From Podarcis tiliguerta (taxonomy: Eukaryota), in the NCBI GenBank assembly GCA_965153285.1, contig OZ229116.1: a DNA stretch of 64,000 bases; one strand, given 5' to 3'. This document shows positions 25,283 through 37,905 of the stretch, one piece after another. Numbering within the stretch: position 1 is the stretch's first letter; each line of letters begins with the position of its first letter. Position numbers and translations under genes: made by a program. Under the pieces are notes generated by a model, which saw only the letters and a list, made by a program, of their open reading frames with translations, made no database searches and was not told where the DNA came from.

Positions 25283-25862
25283 GCAACAAATAACACAAGG
25301 TATTTAAAATCAACACAAAGTAAAACTGATTTGTAGCTAAGTATTATGAAGTTGATTGCGCTTGCAATAAAGTCTAGGAACACTATGTTAAACCCAGAAC
25401 TGCAGTATAACATCTGATCAGTAGAGGGCAGACATAACCCAACAAATTTGTACCAAAGAAGAAATTACATTCTTGCGATAGAATGATTGCCCTGTTACCT
25501 TTGAAGAATAAAGGGACAATTCTGACATTGTTAAATGTCTTCTTGGGTCCATTACCCTCAGATCTAAAGGAAAGTTCAAGCTTACCAGGTTCCATGAAAA
25601 TATCTCACTTTATGGAAACATCCATACCTTATAGGTGCGGAAGACTACTGTATATTCTATGCCAAGATACCACCTTTTGCTTATATTGTTCATCAGGGTT
25701 CCTCCCCCCTAAAAAAGAAGGATCTTAACTAAGCAGTGTTCGAAATGCAGGTGAAATCTGAGTGCCACCGAGCTGCTTTTCTTCATTCTGAACAAGCAGG
25801 TTAGAAAACGGAAATATTACAGCCTTGCAGTCTAGGTCTTAAATTGTATCTGTGATTCTCAC

Positions 25863-28304
25863 CTGTACACTGTTATCAGGGATGAGATTTTCACCCAGAG
25901 ATTCATTCCCAATTCCAGAATCGTCCTTCAGAATGGGATCATCTGTGGCCACTGAGGGGTTTGGTTTCAGAAAGGCAAACTCATTCCGGTCTGCCTTAGA
26001 CGCTAAGCACACTTCATATGAATAGGGCAATGTCAATGTCCCATTATTGTAATTGCAGGAAAATTTGTGTCCCAAGCTGGAGTACAAGTCAGTATTGTAA
26101 GATCCAAGCACTGTTGGACTTCTCTGTCTCCGACATTTAAGTATTAAAACTGTTAATACTGTAAAAAGGAATAAGAATGAGACCAAAGCCAAGGCTATAA
26201 CTAAAATGGCATTCATATCAGACTGAGACTTAGAGTCAATGGCTGGTTTGCTCATTTCCGGAAGTGCCTCTTGGAAGTTCTCGGCAACCACGAGGTTGAG
26301 GACCACAGTAGCTGAGAGTGGAGCCTTCCCATTGTCCTTCACCAAGATGACCAGCTTCTGTTTCACAGCATCTTTCTCCAGAAGGGCTCGTGACGTCCTG
26401 ATCTCTCCCGTGTGGGTCCCAATGGTGAAGAGGGCCGGCTCTGTGGCCTGCAGCACTTGGTAGGAGAGCCAGGCATTGTGCCCAGAGTCCGCGTCCACAG
26501 CCACCACTTTGGTCACTAGGTAGCCTGGCTCTGCCGAGTGAGGAACCATCTCAAACAAGGCAGAGCCCTCAGCGCCTAGAACAGGATACAGAACGCGAGG
26601 GCTGTTATCGTTCTGATCCAAAATGTACACCCACACGGTGGCGTTGTTGCTGAGAGAGGGAGAGCCGCCATCTTGGGCCTTCACTTGGATCTGAAACTCC
26701 CTGAATTGCTCATAGTCAAAGGAGCGCTGTGAATAGATAGTTCCCGTCTCAGAGTTGATGGAGACGTAAGAGGAGAGAGGCAGCTCCTCCATGTTGCTGT
26801 TGAGGATGGAGTAAGTGATACGTGAGTTGCGGTCCAGATCCGGGTCCGAGGCTTTGATGGCGAAAATGGAGGCACCTGAGGGATTGTTTTCAGGCACAAA
26901 GACACTGTAGGTTGATTTTTCAAAGGCAGGGGGGTTGTCATTGATATCTGAAATCTGCAAGGAGATGGTTTTGTTGGAGGACAGAGGGGGGCTACCTTTG
27001 TCGGTGGCCGTGATGGTGATGTTGTATCCTGAGGCTTTTTCTCTGTCTAGGGGGCTCTCTGTAAGTAGCTTGTAGTAACTGTTAGATGAAGAAAGAATTT
27101 TAAAAGGCAAATTGTATTGTATGTGGCAAGTAACCTTCCCATTTTCTCCTTCATCTCTATCATCCACATTGATCAAAGCTATCACAGTTCCTGGTAGAGA
27201 GTCTTCAGGAACTGGACTAAACATAGATGTTAGCAAAATCTCTGGAGCGTTGTCATTCTCATCCAGAACATCAATCTCGACTTTACAATGTGCCAGTAGT
27301 CCACCACCATCTTTGGCTTCCACTAACATCATATAGCTTCTGGATTCTTCAAAGTCTAAAGTCTCCCTAACTAGAATTGCTCCACTTTCAGGATCCAGGC
27401 TGAATTTCTGTCTTGCTTTAGCTGGGATATTGCTAAAACTGTATCTTATCTGTGCATAAGGACCTTCATCAGCATCAGAGGCTTTCACCTGGATCACTAA
27501 TGATCCCTTTGGTGCACTCTCTTTTAGGCTCAGTTTATAGACTTCCTCAGTGAAAACAGGTGGGTTGTCATTGGCATCAGTGACATTAATCCATATCTGG
27601 GCTGTTCCAGTTTTTCTTGGTTCTCCACCATCCAGGCCTGTAAGGATCAAGTGGAGGCTGTGCTCACTTTCCCGATCCAGAGGTTTGCTTTGCACTAAAA
27701 TAGGGTATTTATTTCCATCTGGACTTTCTTTAACTTCCAAGGTGAAGTACTGATTACTGCTCAGCTGGTAATTTTGCAGAGAATTTATCCCAACATCAGG
27801 ATCTTCAGCACTTTCAAGGGGGAATATGGCTCCAGTCAAGCTAGATTCGCTTATTTCTAGCTTGATATCATCTTTTAAAAATTGTGGTGCGTTATCATTA
27901 ATATCCTCTATGGTGATGCTTATATGAAAAACATTTAGAGGGTTTTCAACCACAGTTTCAAAGTTAAGGACACAACGTGGTGATTTCCCACAGATTGCTT
28001 CTCGATCTATTTGGTCTCTTACATAGAAGTCTCCCTGTTCCTCATTCACAGTAAAGAACTGAGCATTAGCTGCAGAAACAATACGGAGCTTCCTCTTCAC
28101 CAGGTCTCTCTTACTCAGACCCAAATCCTTGGCCAGATTTCCCACAAGAGAACCCTTCTCCCTTTCCTCAGGAATTGAGTACCAGACCTCTTCCGACATT
28201 GTCAGGCAGAACAAAGAGAATAACAAGGAAAGCTGTACTTGCCGCCGGAGTGGCTCCCTGCTCCCTGTGATCTTCAGCCATTTCCTCGGCTGCTTTGTTT
28301 GCAT
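25863..28304 (-). CDS. Protocadherin gammaB-like variable exon (Z)
   Basis: Within ORF 25839..28409. Likely ATG at 28304 (in-frame ATGs also at 28373 and 28409). Six EC repeats, TM, gammaB-type cytoplasmic [12 protein letters not shown]...EFAFL. Donor CAG|GTGAGA at 25863/25862. Confidence 0.92.
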
Positions 28305-28537
28305 CTTTTCTTTTCTGATTCGGGTCTTCAAGTTTCTTTCATGCTGCAAGAAGTTGTTGTCAGGAGCAGGCATCGTTCCGTGATGCAGTCCCAATGGGGA
28401 GGGATCCATTTTTGGTAGGATGCTATATTGTTGTCCCTCAATTCCAGCTCCTTCAGATTTGCAGAACTTAACTCAGTAATTGTTACAGCACAGGAAAAGT
28501 GAATGGACCCCTGATTTCTATCCTTATCCCGTATTGG

Positions 28538-28575
28538 CCAACAGCGGCACTCTGAGTCTCTGCTGGAAAACTGCA
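28538..28575 (-). promoter_or_regulatory. CSE / CTCF site
   Basis: Minus strand TGCAGTTTTCCAGCAGAGACTCAGAGTGCCGCTGTTGG, followed by CCAAT. Confidence 0.85.
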
Positions 28576-29734
28576 GGAGCGCCTACTGGCACAACGTGCT
28601 GATAAGAGTTCAGTGGCTGACAGGGCAGCAACATTTCTCAAGAGATGTGCACAGGTTTATGAAATTATTTGGTTCTGTGTGCATTTCACAATTCTCTCTA
28701 AGGCAGTATGTGCAAGAGTGAACACACATATGGTGCATACAGGAAACACTCTGAAGTTATTACCTTAACTATCAGTGGGCTTTGTATCAAGAACTTTATG
28801 AACAAAGTTTCTGAGGCAGATATATAGCACTCAGCACTTAATTGAGAGGGTTTCCTTCACAATAGCCTAGCCCCTCACAGCAAAATCTTATATTCTTCAG
28901 GTCTAAAGGCGATGCCCATAGTACCAGCTTTTCTGCCAAACTGCCAACCTCTTTTTTATGATTAGAGGAAGAAACTGAGGCAGAAAGGGGTGGGAGTCAT
29001 TATGAAGAGCTGTCATGTGGGGAACAACTACAAGTGCTGGGCCCTTGCTCCCCACCCGCTAGAATTTCTGAATCCACAATACTTCATTTCATAGGACAGG
29101 AATGGGCAGACATCAAGCTAAAGTATCAGTCAGAACCAGGTGCAAAAGACATAGGGTTGTAGGCAACTAAGTCCTACTCTGAGGTAGACTCAGTGACATA
29201 AGTGAACCTAAGTTTGTCATGTCCATCAACTTCAATAGGTCTGAGTAGGACTAGCATTGAGTACCACCCATAGAATTAAACAACAGGTTTCTTCTGAGCA
29301 CATTCTGAGCCAAGGAATGTGTTTTCAGTACCAGAACAGAACTGTTCTACAATCATTCTACACAAAAGTTCACTCCTGGTTAGTTTTCCTCATTTCAGCA
29401 GCCTAATTTAGGTGAAAAAAAGTTTTTTGTTATTGTTATGCTGGGAGCCAGAAACCCTTGCCATTCTGCTGAAAATCACCCAAAGATCTATCGGTGGATC
29501 CTGACCCACCACCTGCCCATCTCTGTCTAGGATATTGCATGCGATACTTCTGCAATAATTGCAACAATTTTGTTTTTTAATCTTATATCCTATTCAGTCT
29601 ACAGAGACTGATGATAGGCAAGAATATTATATAAACAGACAAGTTGCATACGATAATTGTAGTCATGATGACAAAATCAGAGAGTTTGAAATATGTTCCT
29701 AAAATCAGTATGGGCCATACAGGAAGTATATGTC

Positions 29735-31240
29735 TGAGTCCACATCCATGACCACTACCTTAGTGACCAGGTAGGTAGCCTGGCTCAGAGGAGCGAGGGG
29801 CCAGCTCTATCCCTATGGAACCATCAGTGGGAGGGGAAGGGTAAAGGATTTGGGGAGCACTGTCATTCTGGTCCAGGATGAAGAGAGTCACTGAGACCTT
29901 GGAGCTGAGTGGTGGGGAACCTCCATCCTTGGCTCTCCATGGAACTTAATCTCCTGGAACTTTTCATAAATGAAAGAACATCAGGCATAAATAACCCCAG
30001 ACAGAATTAATAGAGTTATATAGACAAATTACTGATCTCATTTTTAATAAGTTATTCTCAGTCTGGATAAGTTGTTCTTCATGGACCTCACAACCCTGCC
30101 CCAGGACTGGATAGCTGAGATCCTGGCTGGCTCTCAGAATCTTCCTCATCTCTTTGGGGTCCACAGGCTCAGAGAAGAAGGTGAACCAGGCAGGAACATA
30201 AGAGTTGCCGCAGTGCCTGGCTAGCCGCTGCAGAGGCTACTCATGAGAAGGGATCAAATGGAAACAAGTCCTGCCTGAGATCCTGGAAGGGGTGGATCCT
30301 CTAGCTCCTGTATAAGCTCCAAGTCTAAGTTCCTTCACTGCTGAAGCAACAGCTCCCATCTCCTCTTCAGTCTGCCTGACGCACAGAAACAGCCACCACC
30401 TGGCACCAAACTGTAATGATTGCTGATCGATTTCTTCAGTTTGAAAGGGAGACTGTCAGAACTAAACTCAGGATTTCTCCATGGATTCTTTAATCCTGAT
30501 TTTGCATGTTTAGAAGGGCTTCTGTTGTCATCTTGAGAGAGATTTCTTTGGGGGGTTTTCTTTGGCAGTACAATATGTGAGGATATGGCTAATTAAAGAG
30601 CATAGCCATACACAGGTAACAAGGATAACAAATATTAACAATCTCCATATTGAGCCTGGACTCACTGTATAATGGAGGCTTGTTTAAAGCCCAAGGCACT
30701 GTCATTGCATCAAGAAATGTGACTCAGGTTTTTGAAGTTACCAGACCTTTCTGACTCTCCTCCTTAATATACTGTGAGGAGCGGATGGTGAGCAGCTTCC
30801 TCTTTGTGGTTAAGAATTCTTTCTATCACCAGTTCAACATATCTGGCACCTCCAGCTGCTATTTTCATGTCCAGGAAAAAAATATTCTTTTAGCTGATTT
30901 TGTAGTTCTAGAGAGAATTGGTTTCCAAATCAGTGTCTTGTGCCTTATAGATGGCAAATTGGAGTTCTCTTGCTTTATTCTCACCAACTTTTGTTTCTGG
31001 TTCTTCTGATGAGAACCTGGGCCCATTGTCATTAATAGCTATCATTTCAATTTTCATTGACCCCTCCACATATAACCAAAAAATTCATGACACACTTCAT
31101 GGCCACAAATTCCTCTCCATGTATTTTGTCTGTGGTGTGTAAATGACCAGCTTCAGAGTAAAATACTGAGACCTATATTGTGAAAACTATGTACACCTCT
31201 CTCTGAAAGATCTCTTATATCCAGTCTCATCTCATTTGTG
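29735..31240 (-). pseudogene. Degraded protocadherin gammaA-like variable exon
   Basis: EC1 remnant LDIRDLSERGVH..SQYFTL..GHLHTTDKI (about 31230-31100). EC1/2 KIEMIAINDNGPRFSSEE...AQDTDLETNSL*NYKIS* (about 31055-30890). EC5/6 tract at 29756-29960 very similar to 48651-48845, with a 4-bp GTAG duplication. Stops, deletions, and non-cadherin sequence at about 30060-30500. Confidence 0.88.
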
Positions 31241-32597
31241 CAGAAGAAGCATGCACTCTACTACTGAAGCCACAGCTATCCCTTTAATTACTGTTAGAGC
31301 TGACCATGATTTGGCCACAACACCATTTTAAAGAGCCCCAGAATACGAGGAAAGCACTTTTGAGTATGTGTAGACTGCCTGTCTTTTATTGCTAAGTCAC
31401 CGCAATAAACTTTCACGGGTCTGGTGTTGGTGGGAAGTATAACAGGGCACAAGTAAAGTTGGGTTCCAAAATATTGGTTGGGGTAGTACACAAAGAGTTC
31501 TAAAATATGAACAGATTATTTTAAACAGATTTTACGCAAGTGCAGCATTGAAAATGTCTCCTGATACTACCTTCTTCATAGACTCCTATTTCTATGTGGA
31601 GGTTTGTGGCCAACATCAATATACTATTAATTAGCAAGAAGAGATCACTTCCCTATCTCCTGACAGCTAAAAAAAATAGTAACTTTTTAAAAAGCAAAGC
31701 TAATCAAGTAAAATTGCTACCTTATTTAATGAAAGTGGATATAACAAACACGCTTCTCAGATTGTTATGAGCTCCTCTTTGGATGGCAGTACTTGGTTAC
31801 TTCATTCTGCTAAGCATAATTACATGTCAGGAAGTCCAATACATTTTAGCGAAGCATACTTCCAAGTACATATGATCATGAGAGCAGCCAATGAAAATCA
31901 AAGTTATTTCTAGGAAACAAACCTAAACAGAAACAATGCTAAAGTAAATGATTCACAGTGAGCTCAGTGGTCACTCTAGATAAAGAAAAATGAGTCATTG
32001 CAGCAAGAGATGCCCACCTCATTGCCTCTTTCTATGGTTGTTCACTGATTATTCCATCATGTGTAGAATTCATGCACATTCACCAATGTTTGGGCTGTCT
32101 CTGGCCCTGTCCAACATCTGCATATTCAGTGGAGCATTGGGAAGAAGAACCTACACGTTTACAGCTGTATGTGCTTAGGTGTTAACCTGGCTTGGGTGTT
32201 ATGACTGAACAAGGAATTGCGGTATTGTAAGGGTGCTGCATTATCAGGGTTCTCAATTGTGAGGAGGCTTCTAAGAGCTCAGTGCAGTGGATGGAGTCAG
32301 CTGACTGCAGGGCTGGCAAACAGGACCCCATGCTCCTTACTTGTGTTACGATTCTTTTCAGGTATAATAAAAAAACCTCTTTGTACTCAGTTCCTTTTGC
32401 ATGGATTCAGCCTCTCCTGCACTGAAGCCATTATGCCACACCCTAGGCATCTATTTTTTGTTACATCACATCTCCATGGCAGCCACTTTGTGTCAAGACA
32501 CGCCCTTATAGCAGCCATTTGTGGCTGGTGCCCACAACACTCTCTCCAAATTCCAAATGTGCTTACTGGACAAAAAAGCCTGGCTACTCTGCTTTAT

Positions 32598-32949
32598 GGG
32601 ACGCGGGTGGCGCTGTGGGTTAAACCACAGAGCCTAGGACTTGCCGATCAGAAGGTTGGCGGTTCGAATCCCCATAACGGGGTGAGCTCCCGTTGCTCGG
32701 TCCCTGCTCCTGCCAACCTAGCAGTTCGAAAGCACGTCAAAGTGCAAGTAGATAAATAGGTACCGCTCCAGTGGGAAGGCAAATGGCGTTTCCATGCGCT
32801 GCTCTGGTTCGCCAGAAGCAGCTTAGTCATGCTGGCCACATGACCCGGAAGCTGTACGCCGGCTCCCTTGGCCAATAAAGTGAGATGAGTGCCGCAACCC
32901 CAGAGTTGGCCACGACTGGACCTAATGGTAAGAGGTCCCTATACCTTTT
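32598..32949 (+). mobile_element. Full-length Sauria SINE
   Basis: GGGACGCGGGTGGCGCTGTGG head, B box GGTTCGAATCC, ACCTTT tail, 13-bp TSD TACTCTGCTTTAT (32585-32597 and 32950-32962). Confidence 0.93.
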
Positions 32950-34128
32950 TACTCTGCTTTATATTCACTATGCAAGAAAGGTCATTATTTGATTTGAGCA
33001 TTATCAGTTTGGACATTGTCCTGTGCAAATGTCAGAAAAAGTGAATGCATTACCTATCTCTATCTCTATCTCTAATCATCTATATCATTTGTATCTATAT
33101 CTATATCTGTATCATTCTGCAAATTCATCTTGGATGAATGGCAGATTTTTTCAAAAACCTATGTTTATTCTAAGATAGGTTTCCTTTCATTTGGAGCTCA
33201 AAAGTCAAACCTTCCTCAGGTGAAGTACAAAATGCAACATGAAAAGAATCCCAGGCTCACTAGATTTTTACTCCATTCCCATAAAAGGTCGCTGGAATTC
33301 CTCGAACATACTGGGTTGAAATGAAGTTACCTTTTCTCTTATGAAGGTTTTATTCCATATTCTGATTGTAAAACATGCCACAGGAAATGTGAACATGGAT
33401 GGCTCTCTTGCTAAGGAGCATATTTCATAGTCTGTAAGTTCTTTTCCAGGTGCTGTGATCCCAGCACACATATGATCCACACAATATCTGTTGTTGACAC
33501 ATGAGCAGCCCAGACTATTCTCAATCACAGCCATGTGGTTGTGTGAACCAGCAATGTGTGAACCAGCAATAAATGCAACCAAACAAAATGTCCATGATAA
33601 GGGAATATCATAAAATGCTGACTTCTATATTTGTGTATTACTAGTTCACAACATGTAGTTATATTATCCATGTCATCATGGGTGCCTTTGTTGTAAAGCT
33701 TCTGCTAGGATGGCATATGTGTGGGAGAATGCTATTCTATTAGATGCTATTAATTTTCAGGGATAGAAAACCATATGGATAGAATTAATCTACTCAACAG
33801 ATTGGTAAAAACCAAGGGAAATTATTCAATCTATAGCTACATTGATATAGCCAGATCACAACACAGGCAGAAAAATAATATGCTCAGCTTAATTTAGGAA
33901 AGGACTCACTTGTAAGAGTGCCATGAATCTAAGTACCAATTGGATGTGCTAAGTAAGCATGTTCAGAATGCCTCAGTGGCATGCCATTCAGGCAGGTCTA
34001 AGTACTGGTTCTTCCCATATAAAGCATCAGACACTTGAGCAGATAATGATCTAAAAACAGTAGCTCATAATACCTATGAGGAAGAAAGATGTAGTGCCTA
34101 CATCACAGTTTCTGAAAGCAAAGCTTAC

Positions 34129-36545
34129 CTGCTCACCAACCTCCTCTTTGGCACTGGCATCCCCACAGTTGCCATCCACAAGAACCACCTGAGAGCTATC
34201 ATTGCATAGCAGGTTTTCTGCCACCTGGATATGGGGTTTCGGGAAAGAGATCTGCTCTTTCCTCATCTCTGATGATAGGCAGAGTTGGTAGGAATAAGGT
34301 AAAGTTCCTTCTTCATAGTTTGGTGGAAATATGACCTGCGCCTTAGAAAAAGCATTAGGTTCGAAGCATTGGAATAATTTGGGATTTCCTGATTGTCGAA
34401 GTTTCATGACAATGACCAGTATCACCGTCAGGAGGAATAAAAATGAGATCAATGCCAAAGCCAGCACCAAGTAAAACTGGAGGTCAGAATGATGCTCTGT
34501 GTCACTGGATTGCCTAGTCATTTCCGGAAGTGCCTCTTGGAAGTTCTCGGCAACCACGAGGTTGAGGACCACAGTAGCTGAGAGCGGAGCCTTCCCATTG
34601 TCCTTCACCAAGATGACCAGCTTCTGTTTCACAGCATCTTTCTCCAGAAGGGCTCGTGACGTCCTGATCTCTCCCGTGTGGGTCCCAATGGTGAAGAGGG
34701 CCGGCTCCGTGGCCTGCAGCACTTGGTAGGAGAGCCAGGCATTGTGCCCAGAGTCCGCGTCCACAGCCACCACTTTGGTCACTAGGTAGCCTGGCTCTGC
34801 CGAGTGAGGAACCATCTCAAACAAGGCAGAGCCCTCAGCGCCTAGAACAGGATACAGAACGCGAGGGCTGTTATCGTTCTGATCCAAAATGTACACCCAC
34901 ACGGTGGCGTTGTTGCTGAGAGAGGGAGAGCCGCCATCTTGGGCCTTCACTTGGATCTGAAACTCCCGGAATTGCTCATAGTCAAAGGAGCGCTGTGCAT
35001 AGATAGTTCCCGTCTCAGAGTTGATGGAGACGTAAGAGGAGAGAGGCAGCTCCGCCATGTTGCTGTTGAGGATGGAGTAAGTGATACGTGAGTTGCGGTC
35101 CAGATCCGGGTCTGAGGCTTTGATGGAGAAAATGGAGGCACCTGAGGGATTGTTTTCAGGCACAAAGACACTGTAGGTTGATTTTTCAAAGGCAGGGGGG
35201 TTGTCATTGATGTCTGAAATCTGCAGGGAGATGGTTTTGTTGGAGGAGAGAGGGGGGCTACCTTTGTCGGTGGCCGTGATGGTGATGTTGTATCCTGAGG
35301 CTTTTTCTCTGTCCAAAGGACTATCTGTGAGAATTTTGTAAAAATTGTTAGATGAGGATAAGATTTTAAATGGTACATTACCTTGTAGATAGCATGTAAT
35401 TTTTCCATTTTCTTCAGAATCTTTATCCTTTACATTGATAACAGCAATTACTGTCCCAGGAACAGAATCTTCAGGAACTGGACTAGATAAGGAGGCAAGA
35501 ATGACCTTTGGGCATTGTCATTCTCATCCAGAACCTTTATTTCTATCTTACAGTGAGCTACTAACCCTCCTCCATCTCTTGCTTTTATTGCCATAGTGTA
35601 CTTTTCTGTTTCCTCAAAATCAAGATTCTCTGTATTCATAATTATTCCATTTTGTGCATCTATCCTAAATTTCTTGTAGACTTTTTCTGCTACTTTACTG
35701 AAACTATAACTGATCTGACTATTTGAACCTTCATCTCTATCAGAGGCTGCAACCTGAAGTATGGGAGACCCAGCAGGGGAATTTTCCCTCACACTGACCT
35801 CATAGACCTCTTGAATGAAGACCGGTGGGTTGTCATTGGCATCTGTGACATTAATCCATATCTGCGCAGTCCCAGTTTTTCTGGGTTCACCCCCATCCAG
35901 GGCCGTAAGGATCAGCTGAAGGGAGTGCTCACTTTCCCGATCCAAAGGTTTCTGCAGCACCAATTCTGCATATTTATGTCCATCCAGACTATCTTGAACC
36001 TCCAATGTGAAAAATTGATTTTGGCTTAACTGGTAGTCATGAAGGGAATTCTTCCCAATATCAGGATCTTCAGCTTTCTCGAGGGGAAATCTGGCACCTG
36101 GCAATGTGGATTCAATTATTTCAAGCCTTATATTGTCATCCAGGAAATGCGGTACATTGTCATTAATGTCCTGAATTGCTACACTTACATGGAAAACATT
36201 TAATGGATTTTCAACTAAGGCTTCAAAATTAATGAAGCACTGTGTGCTCTCTCTGCACATTCCCTCACGATCTATCCTCTCATTCACATACACATTTCCA
36301 TTTTCTGCATTGATACTGAAATATGGTTTTTTACCTTCAGAAATGATATGCAGGTTTCTAGTCTTCAGTTCTCTGGCATTCAGTCCCAGATCCTTGGCAA
36401 GATTTCCCACAAAGGACCCCTTTGCCATCTCCTCAGGGATGGAATAGTGAATTGACTCTGAGATCTCCCAGCAGAAGGAAGACATTAAGAACAGAAGCAA
36501 TGCCCTGAAGCTTTCTCTAGGAATAACTTCCATCTTCATCTCCAT
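34129..36545 (-). pseudogene. Protocadherin gammaB-like variable exon (Y') with a single 1-bp frameshift (young pseudogene/allele or assembly indel)
   Basis: ORFs 35448..36545 and 34051..35316 join if one C is restored in GAC AAT GCC (C)CA AAG (G run at 35510-35512 on +). This gives 806 open codons. Donor CAG|GTAAGC at 34129/34128. CSE intact. Confidence 0.88.
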
Positions 36546-36766
36546 TCTCCTGCTAATGAGCAGGTGAGCTAATATATTTTTTTGTCCAAAATACAGGTAT
36601 TCAGAAGAACAAGTTGATTCCCTTGATTTCCCTCTCAGTTTGCTTGTATCACATTTGTTTCCTCATCTCAGTAACAGCAGGCAGGTCTTTGTGGTCTGTT
36701 CTTTCTGCAGCTAGTAAGTAGCACTCTGACAGTGGATCCCTAATAGCTCTTTGATTCCCAAATTGG

Positions 36767-36804
36767 CCAACAGCGGCACTGTGAGTTTCAACTGAAGAAC
36801 TGCA
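36767..36804 (-). promoter_or_regulatory. CSE / CTCF site
   Basis: Minus strand TGCAGTTCTTCAGTTGAAACTCACAGTGCCGCTGTTGG, followed by CCAAT. Confidence 0.85.
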
Positions 36805-37261
36805 AGTGAATCAGCTCTAAGAATAAACCAGAAGAACTGAAATATATGCTTTCCCTCTCCATAAAAAAATTTTTTAATACTTTGAAAGCAACATTTAGTG
36901 ACTAAAAGCAATTGTGTTATGTATTACAGTACTAAGTTCTTGACCATATTGATGGATGTGTACGACCCCTTCAGACTTTTAATGTTTTCAACAAAGTATC
37001 ACAGGCCATTTGCAAGAAAATCACCTTATATACATAAAATATTATATTTTAATTAGATGAAAGTTCTGGATTTCATCCCTTATATTCCCTTCTTTTTTGA
37101 AATAACAATTGTTTTTTTAAAAAAATCCACATTTTTAACATTCCTTATTTTTTTTAAAAAAAGTATTTGTAAAAAAAGTATTTTTAAAAAAAAACAGGAA
37201 AGGATCACTTTTTTGTAGATTCAGTCCAGTAAAGATGGTCTGTGTTCATAGGATTCTTGTA

Positions 37262-37503
37262 CAGTGGTACCTCGGGTTACAAACGCTTCAGGTTACATAC
37301 GCTTCAGGTTACAGACTCCGCTAACCCAGAAATAGTACCTAGGGTTGAGAACTTTGCTTCAGGATGAGAACAGAAATTGTGCTCCGGTGACGCGGCAGCA
37401 GCAGGAGGCCCCATTAGCTAAAGTGGTGCTTCAGGTTAAGAACAGTTTCAGGTTAAGAACGGACGTCCAGAACGAATTAAGTACTTAACCCGAGGTATCA
37501 CTG
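37262..37503. mobile_element. Tigger/pogo-like MITE
   Basis: TIRs CAGTGGTACCTCGGGTTA / TAACCCGAGGTATCACTG, TA TSD. Confidence 0.88.
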
Positions 37504-37729
37504 TACCTGAAATGTTTGATGCCAATGGACAGTTTTCTGAAACTCTTCCCTCAAGACCAGTAGGTTTTTTTCACTTTGACTACTCACAACAATGTTTCAG
37601 TACATTTTCCAAATAAGGGAGGAAATGTGCCGCTAACAATTAGGCATGTAGATGTATACGCAGAGGATACAACAGCTTGCCAATATGGCAAGGTTGAAAA
37701 CATTTATACTACATCTATCACCAATGCAG

Positions 37730-37905
37730 ATCCCCACAAACTGTGAGATGGGAGCACCACTGAAATTCACACTCCCCGACTCAACCAGCTGAGAATTTCT
37801 CCATCTGTGCAACCTGATGGCCAGTAACACAAAGAGGAAGATGAGGAACAAGCAGGAGACAAAAGCCACTGCAAGGACCAGGTAGAAGGTGAGGTTAGAC
37901 GGAGG
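37730..37905 (-). pseudogene. Isolated gammaA-type TM/juxtamembrane fragment
   Basis: [61 protein letters not shown] part nearly identical to about 48290-48374. No recognisable cadherin sequence on either side. Confidence 0.88.
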
